In this document: positions 1-13,285 of the stretch, piece by piece
Layout of the letters: each line of letters opens with the position of its first letter
Numbering within the stretch: the stretch's first letter is position 1
Source: Eledone cirrhosa
Taxonomy: Eukaryota
Direction: 5' to 3'
Assembly (NCBI GenBank): GCA_964016885.1
Contig: OZ024740.1
Coordinates: forward strand, 111,724,001-111,788,000
Length of the DNA: 64,000 nucleotides
Notes under the pieces: generated by a model
What the model saw: only the letters and a program-made list of their open reading frames with translations
Databases searched by the model: none
What the model was told of the DNA's origin: nothing
Position numbers and translations under genes: made by a program

Positions 1-124
1 CATATATATTGAGGTATTTTTGTGATAGTGATGTTTAAATACTCTCCTCTCAATTGCATAGAGCTGAATCTACTGATACACACACACACACCCGCGCACA
101 TACACACACACACACGCGCGCGCG

Positions 125-174
<50 letters not shown>

Positions 175-918
175 AATATATATATATAATTATTAAGGTC
201 AGTTACTTCAACGGTGCCATACAAGATACGTACGTTTCGTTAGCCCTGAGAACCAACTTGTGCAACCTGTGCCGATGAAAATGAACAGGAAAATATTTAC
301 TAAAAAATGAAAATACAGAACAATAATGAAAGAGAGTAGAGATCCGATGTGTATGGCCTTAACCTGGTCCCTTTTTTAAACAGGATTCTCCCGAGTTATT
401 TACCAAATCTCTTCTTGTCCCCGAAACAACGAAGAAAATGAATTTGCCACTGTCCTTGAATCCCTCTCTCCTTGCCCTGCAACCATGACCCACTTTATCC
501 CCCGCTTATCCCATTTTAGCCCACTTTATCCTATCTTTATCTGTTGACGAATACTCATTCCTTATTTAGATCACGAAGTCTCTCTTTCTTTACCAAATAC
601 CAACACCTGCTCATTCTCTCTTCCAATCTCTCCCTCTCTCTTTCTCTCTCTTCCTCACTTTCCCTCTCCCCCTCATTCTCTCTATCTCTATCACTCATTT
701 TTTCTCTTGTGTTTCGCTCTCACTCACAGACACCCATATGCATAAATTCTTTCTTCCATCTTAAAACTTTTCTACGGTCTCTTTTTTTTACTGCAAATCC
801 ACATATCCTCAAGACCCTTACACACATTCTTTTTTCTTTCTTTCATCTTTTCATTACAGATGTATCTATCATTTTCTTCGTATTATATTTATCTATCCAA
901 CTGTCTTTCTGATTGTCT

Positions 919-971
<53 letters not shown>

Positions 972-1003
972 TTACGATTATATATATAAACACACACATA
1001 CAT

Positions 1004-1092
<89 letters not shown>

Positions 1093-1231
1093 TAACAGAT
1101 TAAAGTTTAAGCAAAGAATCGCTGCTTTCACCCTTAACGGGATCTTCTGAAACTAACAAAGTCAATCTGTGAACGCAGATGTGAATATTTCAAAAAACGT
1201 TGCAACCGGAGGAAGACAGGAAGACGATACT

Positions 1232-1516
1232 TTGGTTCGTGGAAACGTTCCCTGGCAAAGAACGGGAAAAAACGAATATAATACGTCATAATTTGGAGCG
1301 GTGAAAAACAATTACACGCAAAGACATAACCACGTTTATGGTATAAAAGAAGTCGTAGACTAATATTCTCATAGGTGGTTCATAGACACGTTCTCTGGCA
1401 ATGAACGGAAAAAACGAAGATAAAACGTCATATGTGGAGCGTGGAAAACAATTGCATGCAAAGACAAAACCACGTAAATAATATAACTGAAGTCGTAGAC
1501 TAAAATTCTAACTAGG
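1232..1516. repeat. Diverged tandem duplication, two units of about 143 bp
   Basis: tggttcgtggaaacgttccctggcaaagaacgg...gaagtcgtagactaatattctcatagg is followed by tggttcatagacacgttctctggcaatgaacgg...gaagtcgtagactaaaattctaactagg. Confidence 0.8.
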
Positions 1517-2080
1517 AAACCGAATGATTCTCGGCTTCAGAGTTAAGAATAAGGTAAATAAAATACAGAGGTCTGAAATTAAATAAATACATACACGCAT
1601 CCAAATACGTACATACGCAAGCATACGCGAAAACACTCGCCATAGGTATACAAATACACGCACATATAAATATGTGTGTGTGTGCGTGTATACAAATAAT
1701 TAAATAAACGTATATAAATAAATAAATAAATACGTATATAACAAGCGCACACACATACCTACATGTAAATACACAAATGTTCGGAGACGTATGTCAACCA
1801 AAACACGAAGTATACGTATATACACACCCTACATACGTACGAACTCGCATACTCACACAGACGCAAAACTCACGTATACACATAACCAAAAGCATATGTA
1901 CCAGAATATATAAAATATACGCCATAACATATACAATTAAATATACGTACGAGAAAGTATACGTACCTTCATTAAAACATACAGGTAATATATACTTACC
2001 TATGCAAATAAGTAATGGTATAAACATAACATATACTTAGCTACCACATCAAGACGTAAAATATCCGCGTATAGATCGTA

Positions 2081-2314
2081 CTATCCGTTAGGGTATAATG
2101 TGGGGCTGTAATACGGGAAAGTTTTGTACAATTTATGTTTACAAGCCGAAATTGCCTCAGATTTTTTGTTTATGATGTGGTCTGTGGCGTAAAGTATTTC
2201 CAGGGCTTCAGCGGCGCAGAAGTCACATGGTCTTTTATTTCCGTTATACGATCTAGCCCTAGCTAGGATCTCCCAGTGTAACTTATATTAGGTGCGGTTG
2301 TCTTTTAGGCGCCA
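2081..2314 (-). pseudogene. Penelope-like element fragment, C-terminus of the GIY-YIG endonuclease region
   Basis: Manual minus-strand translation WRLKDNRT*YKLHWEILARARSYNGNKRPCDFCAAEALEILYATDHIINKKSEAISACKH fits the PLE pattern W.LK...Y...W.IL.RA..Y....C.LC..E...NK.SE..S.C.H. Confidence 0.75.
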
Positions 2315-2317
2315 CGG

Positions 2318-2460
2318 AAAAAAAGCACCCAGCTCTCACTGTAAATGAGGTTGGTGTTAAGAAGGGCATCCAGCTGTAGAAATCAAGCCAGAATCAGTTC
2401 CCGTCCCACCCTTGCAAGCAGGGAAAAGCAGACGTAAAAGGATGATGATGATGATAATGA
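2318..2460 (+). mobile_element. 3' part of a cephalopod-type SINE with (GAT)n tail
   Basis: ggttggtgttaagaagggcatccagctgtagaaa...gcagacgtaaaaggatgatgatg resembles a recalled octopus SINE tail; it truncates the adjacent PLE fragment. Confidence 0.6.
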
Positions 2461-2482
2461 TATATATATATATATATATATA

Positions 2483-3511
2483 TACATTATGAAGAGAGAA
2501 GAAACATTTAGATATAATTAGTAATAAGATGTATCATACCTAAACTGCTTCTAGATTCCTCGACTACGTACTTTCGTGGCATAATCAAAAACAATACATC
2601 ATAGAGATATAGAGCTTTTGTGAGGTCTGCCGACTTATCAAGAGGATACCTCATTTTACTAGCTTCAAAGAGCACGTCTATAAGATGTGAGATAGAATCC
2701 CAAAAGGCGGAGGGGGAGTCAATCACGTGATACGAGGGTCAAGAAACAGAGCTAAGCCCCTTATAACCTGATACTGGTTCAGTCTAATCCATTCGGATTG
2801 GTTTGTCCCAGTTATTCATAGAGCAACATCGGTTAAGGTTGGCACCATTAACTCAAGGATGGATGTGGATATATTCATGTAAATGTATGTGTCCGCATGT
2901 ATCTGTGTGTTTCTCAATATATTGTTTATAACTCCCCCTGGTCGAGTAATCCTTGAAGGGTAGTGACTGCTGGAAAGCTGCCATTACTCATACTTCTTGC
3001 CCCCTTAACCACCTCTTCTACGGCTTCGATATAAATACCCCCTCCGCCTCCGTGGTATTTTTTTCAGGGTTATAAGGGGCTTAGCTCTGTTTCTTGACCG
3101 TCGTATCACGTGATTGACTCCCCCTCCGCCTTTTGGGATTCTATCTCACATCTTATAGACGTGCTCTTTGAAGCTAGTAAAATGAGGTATCCTCTTGATA
3201 AGTCGGCAGACCTCACAAAAGCTCTATATCTCTATGATGTATTGTTTTTGATTATGCCACGAAACTACGTAGTCGAGGAATCTAGAATCAGTTTAGGTAT
3301 GACACATCTTATTACTAATTATATCTAAATATTTCTTCTCTCTTCATAATGTACTTTTAGCTCTGATACTGGTTCAGTCTAATCCATTCGGATTGGTTTG
3401 TCCTAGTTATTCATAGAGCAACATCGGTTAAGGTTGGCACCATTAACTCAAGGATGGATGTGGATATATTCATGTATATGTATGTGTCCGCCTGTATCTG
3501 TGTGTTTCTCA

Positions 3512-3518
<7 letters not shown>
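2483..3518. mobile_element. Non-coding element with a 595-bp partial tandem unit and a 286-bp inverted arm (PLE pseudo-LTR/retrozyme-like)
   Basis: 2483-2768 is the near-identical reverse complement of 3068-3353; 2768-2923 recurs directly at 3363-3518; (TA)n on both flanks; decayed hammerhead-like motif ttgatta-tgccac-gaaa-ctacgtag-tc near 3249-3275. Confidence 0.75.
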
Positions 3519-3587
<69 letters not shown>

Positions 3588-4313
3588 TATATAAACACAC
3601 ATAAATATATATACATACACACATATTCCACTACTGTTCTCACCTCACTATATCCCTCATATACTTTCTCTCTTTCCCTTCCACTTTTTGCTTTTCCCTC
3701 TCTCCTACTCTCTCCCACTCCCACTCTCTCATTTCTATTCTTCCAAGTGAGCAAGAGGAACTACACTCGGAGCCTTTAATGGTGCCAACCATGTGCAAAA
3801 GATGCACTAATTAACCCGCTTTTTTTCTTCTAATCTTAGCAATAATAATATAACTATTTAATTTACTGTCAGCAGTAAGGTGCTGTTATTGTTATTGTTG
3901 TTGTTGTTGTTGTTGTTGTTGTCATAACGATGGCATTGTTTGCTTCACTGATCTTTTCTCTGCAACCGACCAGTTATTTGCCGCTAATTCTCTCATTCCG
4001 TTCATTATTTCAGCTGTTATTGTTGTTGTTATTATTGTTATGGTTGTTGTTGCTGTTATTGTTTCTTTTATTAGGGGAAACTGCACGAGTGATTGTAACA
4101 CTAACCTAGTTGTGGTTTCCATTTCATATGTGGTCAAATATATACATAAAACAAAACATATATGGTGGTTATTTCTGTTTTAATTAACACCAAACGATAA
4201 ATGGTTGGGGAAGCCATTTATTTTTTCAACCATTTCTATTCTCATATTTTTTGGTTTATATGTTTATATTGTTCTTTTTTTTTCTTTCTAATTTCAGTTA
4301 TTGGGCTGCGGCA

Positions 4314-4473
4314 GGTGGATTCGCAGTATCGGTAGAGGGTCGGCCCTTTCCAATCTGAGTTCAAATCCCGCCGAGGTTAACTTTGCCTTTCATCCTTACA
4401 GGGTCGATAAAATAAAGTACCAGTAATGCACTAGGTAATTGCTGGCCTTGTGCCAAAAGTAGAAACAATTATT
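4314..4473 (+). mobile_element. tRNA-derived SINE, abundant family in this window
   Basis: B-box-like gagttcaaatcc followed by the conserved core gccgaggttaactttgcctttcatccttacagggtcgataaaataaagtaccag; at least 8 further copies in the window. Confidence 0.85.
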
Positions 4474-4671
4474 ACCTTCCAGAGGATTTTTAAAAAGGCT
4501 TGTATTTATTTTATCGGTCTCTAAATGTTGAGCCGCTAGGTTACGGGAGATAAAATACATCAATTTATGACGAGGTAAACGTACAAACGCTTATGTATGA
4601 AATGTATGCATGCAGAGATGCATGTATATATACATGCACGTATGTATTATCTTTCTTTGTCTCTCTCTCTT

Positions 4672-4759
<88 letters not shown>

Positions 4760-5036
4760 CAAAAGGCAAGAGGAAAAACAATACGGGGGAACAATACAAA
4801 ACAATCATGTATTAATGTAATGCTTGATAGAGTGATAGAGTAGGAAAATAATTTTTAACGTTTCGGTCGCTACTCCCTCATTGGATAAAGGAATGAGCGA
4901 AATATAAGTAGAACCATAGACGAGAGGAGAGTAAGAAAACAAAGAAAACGGAAAGTTTTACACGGAATGTATATATATATATATATATGTTATGGAATAC
5001 TGTTAGCTTCTCGCTACAACAATTTCTATACTTTTC

Positions 5037-5112
<76 letters not shown>

Positions 5113-5305
5113 ATATATATAGAGAAATAAGATGCTGAGGTTACATATATATCATTTAATCATAACAATTAATTCTACGGTTCTCCATGCAATCGAGATG
5201 TCCTTCATGCATTTGCTGTTGATTATGAGAACGGTTTCCTCAGATGAAAATCGATATATTTCAAATGTCGCTGGCAGGAAAACACACATCCTAATGCCTG
5301 TGTGC

Positions 5306-5350
<45 letters not shown>

Positions 5351-5408
5351 ATATATATATATATATTTATATATATATATATATATATATGAAATACCAA
5401 TACCAATA

Positions 5409-6167
5409 GATGAAATACCAATGATGGTTGGAAGATCACTGATGAAGGACTAACTTTATTCATATATATATATATATATGAATAAAGTTAGTCCTTCATC
5501 AGTGATCTTCCAACCATCATTGGTATTTCATCGCTTTAAAGACCATATACCTCCGGTTGGTGCGAACAACGGCTAAAAAAAGTCGTTGGGACACGTAAAT
5601 AAAGGGGACACGAGAGTGTAAACAAACAAAGATGGTGAAGCAACGAAAAGTGAGGAAGAAAGAGTCAAGTCCCAAATTTCCATGAATATAGGTTCGGTGA
5701 AATCGTGAACGAGAGAGAATAAAGACCATCAAACCTGGTTGGAATGTGAGCAAGGAAGGAATTCCGTACAGGTCTAACGGGAGGAAGAAGGAATCTAGTC
5801 TGTGAATTCGGTGAACATAAGTTCTGTGAAATCATAGACGAGAGAGAGAAAAAAAGCGAACCTGCCTGACCAAGGGTGCGAAAGAAAAGAATTACGCACA
5901 GGTCAAACGGGAAGAAGGAGGAGGAGGAGAGGTAGTAACAGAGAGTGAGTGAGTGAAGGGTTAGGAAGAGGCTAACAGAGAGAGTGACTGCTAGAGAGGG
6001 TAAAGATACAGAGAAAGAAGAAGCAGTAAGAACGAAATAGACGGGTCACAGCGGGGAAAAAATATGTGTAAATATGAGAATAAAGGTGCTACGTGGTTGC
6101 TAATGGGTTACATATGAATAAAGTTAGTCCTTTCTCAGTGATCTTCCAACCATCATTGGTATTTCAT

Positions 6168-6170
<3 letters not shown>
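5409..6170. mobile_element. Non-coding element with 57-bp terminal direct repeats (636-bp period) and a 124-bp perfect palindrome at the left end
   Basis: 5478-5534 recurs at 6114-6170; 5409-5532 is a perfect palindrome centred on (TA)n; internal diverged duplication at about 5684-5792 and 5813-5919; (TA)n flanks. Confidence 0.75.
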
Positions 6171-6259
<89 letters not shown>

Positions 6260-7518
6260 TTACATTGGAAATAGCAGGGAAAATATATTTAAGGGTCTGC
6301 TTTTCTGTTTTTTTTCCCTTTCTTTGATTCGTTAAAGTGACATTATTGAAAGAATGAGAGGGACAGTTCTTTTAAAAGAGAGTTGTATAATGTATATAAA
6401 ATATATAAAGTATGACTGGTTTCGGTGTATTGGTAAAATCCATCTTATCAAATGTTGAGTATTACAATTGAAAAGAATTAATAAGAATTAAAAATTAAAA
6501 ATTAAAGATTTAAAAGTAAGTGTTAAAGCAAGTTTTTTTTCATATTCCTTGTTGATAAGGAGACTGGAAGAATGGGATCTTGTGCATAAAGAGAGATAAA
6601 AACTTGCCTCAACACTTAATTTTAAATCTTTAATTTCTAATTAAAGGAAATATGTATCGCTCCCACTGGACAAACTCACTCTCTCGATTCCTTCTCAAGT
6701 ACTGCGTATCTTTGACCACATAACTCCACCTACATTTTGATCAATCTCTTGGATACTTATGATTTAGTGAACACGACTCGAGCACTTGTTTTTGTTGAAT
6801 CACAATCGGTGACTGGGTATTTAATGACTTACTCTATTACTAAGCCTACATTTTTCTACACATTTCACAAACATCTACGCCAAATAATGTAACCAATCAT
6901 ACCATACAACTCTCTTAGCTGCTTTGGATATTTTCATAATGCTCCTATGCAACGAAGATGTTTAGTGATTCATTTATTGACCGCAGGAAATTGTTATATA
7001 TTTAAGTTAATTATAGAAATGTGTATAAAATTATGGTCCTCTAAGGTTGAATAATGCTCCTCGTTGATGCTTTTACCCTAGGCGTGTATTTACTGGCCTA
7101 ATTAGAGCACCAGCCCTGTCAGCCCCAGGTATTTTGCAGCCCTCTGACGTTGTTTCGACAACCTCAACATCTCTGCCTAGATATCATAGATTCTATCAAT
7201 AGCTCTCTTCTTCCCATATATCCAAAACTACGTTTTCGTCACGCAATGATCTACGGATTCGTCATTAGCTTTAGATAGAACTAATAATGATTTAATGTGA
7301 TCTTTGTCAAGTAAGGTGGCAACTCGTCACAAGTTTGAGTCTAATTAGACTTCAACAGCGAAGCAAGTGTTTTTTGTAGTTATTAGACAATGTGGTTCAG
7401 AGAAACATGTAGCTAGCTAGATATGGAGACGGATATACAACTACGTAGATGATTAGATGGATAGGTTAATATATGTACGTATATATATATAAATATATAA
7501 ATATATATATAAAAACAC

Positions 7519-7683
<165 letters not shown>

Positions 7684-7786
7684 ATACAACATGAAAGCTA
7701 TATTTCATAACGTCTTTAATAACGCAATATCTCTGAAATATATTTCTGTGGTGAAATCGTTACGACATGATAAATAGAGAAAAGGG

Positions 7787-7827
<41 letters not shown>

Positions 7828-7984
7828 AAATGATGGTGCCGAACTAATATCAATAAAGACTTACTATAAAGATTTGAACTATTAAAAACTACCAGTGAAG
7901 TCATTCTTCTCTTTTTCCAAATATATCTTATTGCACGCAGGACTCTCCGTCATTGTCAATTATATATACGTTCCAATGTGATCT

Positions 7985-8590
7985 GGAATGAACAGAACCT
8001 TAATGAACCAAAACTGTAGAGATTTTTGGAGGTTGACTGAAAGGATGGGAATGTTTGTTTTTCCGGGTTTTTTTCCACTGTCTGTCTTGTGTCTCCTCTC
8101 CTCCTGTTTTGAATTCACATTCTAAAGACATAGCCATGCCGGTATTTTAAAATTATCATATAATAGACGTCACACCGCCCGATCTGTCTTCTCTTATTCT
8201 CCATTCTTACCTTCTCTACACATCAATGCCACTCTTCTTTGGGTGTGCGTTGGACTACACTTCATATTATCCTCTTCTGTTTTACGATTTCTCTCCTTTC
8301 TATATTTTTTCTCCTTTAGCTAAGCCCTCGAGCTCTGTTTTCTCCCTTCTTTGTCAATTGACATACTTTGGATACTTTCTCATCTTTACTTGTGTAATTC
8401 ACCGAAAGGCATAAATTGTCATGTCTTTGTTTTTACCTGTTTTGTTACCACCCAGTGAGCTTTGGAATAAACAGTATCAACCTAGGTAAACCGAAATTGA
8501 AGTGATTTTCCGAGGTTGACTGAGGAGATGTGACTGTCTGTTTTTCCGTTGTTTTTCCACTGTTTTTGTCCCGTGCATCCTCTATTTTGA
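7985..8590 (+). repeat. Diverged direct repeats about 480 bp apart
   Basis: gatttttggaggttgactgaaaggatgggaatgtttgtttttccgg...ttccactg near 8021 versus gattttccgaggttgactgaggagatgtgactgtctgtttttccg...ttccactg near 8504. Confidence 0.65.
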
Positions 8591-8763
8591 TTGTATATAT
8601 ATATTGAAGGCGTCTGTAGACAAGATAACACTCATTCTACTGTCGGTCTTCATGTCAATCAAACTTTCTTTTTTCCTTTTCCGCTTTTCAATTTATCAAC
8701 TTGCTATTCTCTTTTCCTTTACAATGAATAGGGGTTCTAAGTAACCCTGTTTGTAATTCTGTC

Positions 8764-8834
8764 GAAGTTACCTGATGAGACCGTATCATAGTAGGATGAT
8801 GGAGCTGTGCCATTGAAATATGTATAGTGATTTC
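8764..8834 (+). ncRNA. Type I hammerhead ribozyme motif with weak stem II
   Basis: Stem I gaagttac/gtgatttc; core ctgatga 8772-8778; gaaa 8815-8818; near-palindromic stem III atatgtat; AUA site. Confidence 0.6.
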
Positions 8835-9280
8835 ACGGAATTAAAATTTACAAAATTCCCTCTGTTGTCGATTTAAATATATATATATATATAAATGAAA
8901 TAACAGGAGGCTGGACTGGTGTAAATCCTTGAAAGGTTTATTATACTATGATCATTTCAATGACCGGGTTCCATATGAATCCGGTGATATATTAAGGTAT
9001 TGGAATATAACAAAGGAATATGTAAAAAGCCATGGGTCCGAAAAATCAGAGATAGAGGGGACGACTGACCGACTAGCTTCTCAACCAACCGCCCTCAAAG
9101 TGTTGGCAACTGAAAAAACAAAAATGAATATCTGGCCACCAACTACACAAACGAAGATGGGTGAACTGCACTGCGTTGGGGACTCTTCACAATATTACAC
9201 CAAGATTGACCATACGGAATGACCAGTTCTATCCAGTGGTGAACCAACAAACCTATATATATATATATATATATATATAT

Positions 9281-9930
9281 CTAAGGCGGGTAAAATTCCC
9301 GAGATCCATGGACGAGTTCTCTCCAGCGGTCTCTGTCCCTCATTATCGCTGCCATGTCTTGCGTCTCCAACAGGCCAGTGTCTGTCCTTAGGGCATCAAA
9401 CATACGTTAACCTTGGTCTTCCTTTTCTAGTGTGTCCATGTAGGGGCTCCCACAGGAGCACTGAGTGCAATGTCAACTCTGGATGTCGGTGAGCATGTCC
9501 AGCTAACCTCAGTCTCCTCTGTCTCACTTTTGAGCTGACTTTTGGGATGCTCCCATACAGCTCTGAGTTTTTCATCCTGAGAATGAATGAGACTAAAACA
9601 AAATATCTCGTAGAGAATGTTGAGAAGCCAGAGGGGATCACTAATGTAGGCGGGAAGCCGCTAGAATTGGTTGAGGACTTCCTGTATTTGGGAGCAAAGA
9701 TTGGGAATACGGAGGATGATATGTTTGAAAGGAAGAGCAAAGCCTGGGCGGCGTGCCACAGCTTGAGATCTGTGTGGAAGTCGGACCTTCGTAAAGACCT
9801 GAAAATCCGCCTCTTCATTGCTGTAGTGGAGTCTGTGCTGCTGTATGGGTCTGCCACTTGGACACTGATCAAAAAACTCACTCAGATGGTGGATGGGTGC
9901 TACACGAGAATGCTGAGGATGGCTCTGAAC
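9281..9930 (-). mobile_element. 5'-truncated RTE-type LINE with inverted 5' segment
   Basis: Minus 9281-9566 encodes ELYGSIPKVSSKVRQRRLRLAGHAHRH...GRPRLTYV; plus 9570-9930 encodes the immediately upstream part LELVEDFLYLG...VESVLLYGSATWTL...RMLRMALN; (TA)n on both flanks. Confidence 0.85.
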
Positions 9931-10433
9931 ATATATATATATATATATATATACACGCATAGAAAGACACAACTGAAACGGTAGGGGTAGAGGTGAAACA
10001 TGTAAAGAAAGAAAAAAAATTAAATGAATAAAAAGAAGTAGAACGAACAGATGTATCCGTCAATGGAATGAGGAATGAATGGATAAAAGAAAGAAAGATA
10101 GATAGATAGACAAATAGATACAAGAAATTAGAGAAGGAAAGAAAGCTAAATATTTTGTGTAGCCAAGCTTCAGCAAAGAATTGTAATTCCTGAGAGAGAT
10201 GAGGATAAATCGTTTATTAGATAAATTAATTCTTTGGTAGAATAAATGTTTTGAAACTGCTATCACTGGCTGGAGAGAGAATGAGGCAATTATATATGTA
10301 GTTGTATGTGTGCATATATATATGCGTGTGTGTGTGTATGTATGTATATATGTGTGTGAGTGCGTGTATATATATATAAATATATATATACGAATGATGT
10401 AAATGTATATATATATATATATTCTATTCCATT

Positions 10434-10529
<96 letters not shown>

Positions 10530-10604
10530 TATGAGTGTAAAGTGTGTGTACGTGCGCTGATATACACACTAAACTTTGATTCTGTTAGGAGATAGATAGA
10601 TAGA

Positions 10605-10667
<63 letters not shown>

Positions 10668-10920
10668 ATGATGAGTTGCTGATAGTAATAGTGATGATGA
10701 AGGTGACAGTAACATTTAGGGGTGGTGGTGGTGGTGTTGTGTTAATGGTGATGGTGGTGACGATGGTTGCCATCGTGGCCGCTGTGGTCAAAATGATGAT
10801 GATGATGATGATGATAAGGACAACGATGAAAATGATCATTTCGTCAGCGACGACGACAGCGAAGGAAATGATGATAACTATAATCATGATGAGTTGCTGC
10901 CGGCTGATGACGATGGTGAT

Positions 10921-11100
10921 AATAACTGTTTCTACTTTAGGCACAAGGCCAGCAATAACCAGTACATTACTGGTACTTTATTCGACCCCGTAAGGATGAA
11001 AGGCAAAGTTAACCTCGGTGTGATTTCAACTCAGATCGTAAAGGGACGTAACTATGCTGGAAAGCATGGCGTCTGACCCTCTACCGATACTGCCAATCCA
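10921..11100 (-). mobile_element. SINE, same family as 4314
   Basis: ctggtactttattcgaccccgtaaggatgaaaggcaaagttaacctcgg core on the reverse strand. Confidence 0.85.
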
Positions 11101-11152
11101 ATAACGAACAATGATAACTCTTGCTAATGATGGCCATGATGATGATGGTGAC

Positions 11153-12420
11153 TGTGTGCTAGTTGTGGTAGTGGTGGTGGCGATGGTGATGGTGACGGTG
11201 TGCTAGTTGTGGTAGTGGTGGTGGCGATGGTGATAGTGACGGTGTGCTAGTTGTGGTAGTGGTGGTGGCGATGGTGATAGTGACGGTGTGCTAGTTGTGG
11301 TAGTGGTGGTGGCGATGGTGATGGTGACGGTGTGCTAGTTGTGGTAGTGGTGGTGGCGGTGGTGATGGTGACGGTGTGCTAGTTGTGGTAGTGGTGGTGG
11401 CGATGGTGATGGTGACGGTGTGCTAATTGTGGTAGTGGTGGTGGCGATGGTGATGGTGACGGTGTGCTAATGATGGCGATGATGGTGATGGCGACGGTGT
11501 GCTAGTTGTGGTAGTGGTGGTGGCGACAGTGTGCTAGGTGTGGTAGTGGTGGTGGCGGTGGTGATGGCGACGGTGTGCTAGTTGTGGTAGTGGTGGTGGC
11601 GATGGTGATGGTGACGGTGTGCTAGTTGTGGTAGTGGTGGTGGCGATGGTGATGGTGACGGTGTGCTAGTTGTGGTAGTCGTGGTGGCGGTGGTGATGGT
11701 GACGGTGTGCTAATGATGGCGATGATGGTGATGGTGACGGTGTGCTAGTTGTGGTAGTGGTGGTGGCGATGGTGATAGTGACGGTGTGCTAGTTGTGGTA
11801 GTGGTGGTGGCGATGGTGATGGTGACGGTGTGCTAGTTGTGGTAGTGGTGGTGGCGATGGTGATGGTGACGGTGTGCTAGTTGTGGTAGTGGTGGTGGCG
11901 GTGGTGATGGTGACGGTGTGCTAATGATGGCGATGATGGTGATGGTGATTGTGTGCTAGTTGTGGTAGTGGTGGTGGCGATGGTGATGGTGACGGTGTGC
12001 TAATGATGGCGATGATGGTGATGGTGATTGTGTGCTAGTTGTGGTAGTGGTGGTGGCGATGGTGAGGGTGACGGTGTGCTAGTTGTGGTAGTGGTGGTGG
12101 CGATGGTGAGGGTGACGGTGTGCTAGTTGTGGTAGTGGTGGTGGCGATGGTGAGGGTGACGGTGTGCTAGTTGTGGTAGTGGTGGTGGCGATGGTGATGG
12201 TGACGGTGTGCTGGTGGTGGTAGTGGTGGTGGCGATGGTGATGGTGACGGTGTGCTGGTGGTGGTGATGGTGACGGTGTGCTGGTGGTGGTGGTGAGGGT
12301 GACGGTGTGCTGGTGGTGGTGATGGTGACGGTGTGCTGGTGGTGGTGGTGACGGTGACGGTGTGCTGGTGATGATGGTGACGGTGACGGTGTGATAATGG
12401 TGGTGGTGAGGGTGACGCAG
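11153..12420. repeat. Minisatellite, 44-bp unit with a 35-bp variant
   Basis: Unit gtgtgctagttgtggtagtggtggtggcgatggtgatggtgacg interspersed with gtgtgctaatgatggcgatgatggtgatggtgacg. Confidence 0.95.
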
Positions 12421-12904
12421 TGCTCATGATGACAATGATGATGGTGAGGGTGTGCTAATGATGACGATGAAGATGGTGACGATTTTCATGACAGCAGCTT
12501 GTGTCAGTGACAAGACAAAAAAATACTGAAACAAACTGTCGCCCGAGGACACGTTTATCATCTTCTCCTCCCCCTTCTCCTCACCCTCATCCAACGTATT
12601 CTCCTTCCACGCTTCCCCTACTCCTCTCCCATTTCATCTAAATACATACATTGATAATTCTCACTCAATTTGCCAAATTTCTTTAGAATCATGTTTGAAC
12701 GTTGCGAGATGGGGAGATGATGGTGGTGGTGGGTGGAGTTGAAGAATGGTTAGGATGGTTAGAATGGTTACGGTTGTGTGTGGGTGGGGGACAGAATTCG
12801 AATCCACCATTCATTCATACACCACCATCGAATGTCTTTCTTATATCAAGACCACCTGTTTGCCTTCCAGAAATTTCCTTCGGGAGGAATCTTCAAACAA
12901 AAGA

Positions 12905-12932
12905 ATAAATAAATATATATATATACATGTCA

Positions 12933-12976
<44 letters not shown>

Positions 12977-13016
12977 GTCAATAAATAAATAGATATATAT
13001 ATATATATACATGTCA

Positions 13017-13056
<40 letters not shown>

Positions 13057-13152
13057 TTATTGACATGTATATATATATATATATATATATTTATTGACAT
13101 GTATATATATATATATATTATATATATATATATTTATTTATTTATTGACATA
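12905..13152. repeat. Palindromic array: three direct and three inverted copies of acatgtcaataaat separated by (TA)n
   Basis: catgtcaataaat near 12926, 12974 and 13010; tttattgacat near 13056, 13090 and 13141. Confidence 0.85.
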
Positions 13153-13285
13153 TATATATATACATGTCCACAAACAAACAAATAAATAAAAATAAATTCT
13201 TCACATATTCCAAAAATTCTCTTATCTTCGTCTTTTATAAAGTTTCTTCTTTATGAAGAAAGCAGAAGAATAATGTCAATCGATT

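Noticed and set aside
195-330. CNLC motif resembling a PLE C-terminus
   Set aside because: Too short and degenerate to support a call
2508-3328. Near-identical 72-aa ORFs on opposite strands
   Set aside because: A by-product of the inverted duplication; GTG start and no recognisable domain
4314-4380. tRNA-like B-box
   Set aside because: SINE head; no cloverleaf
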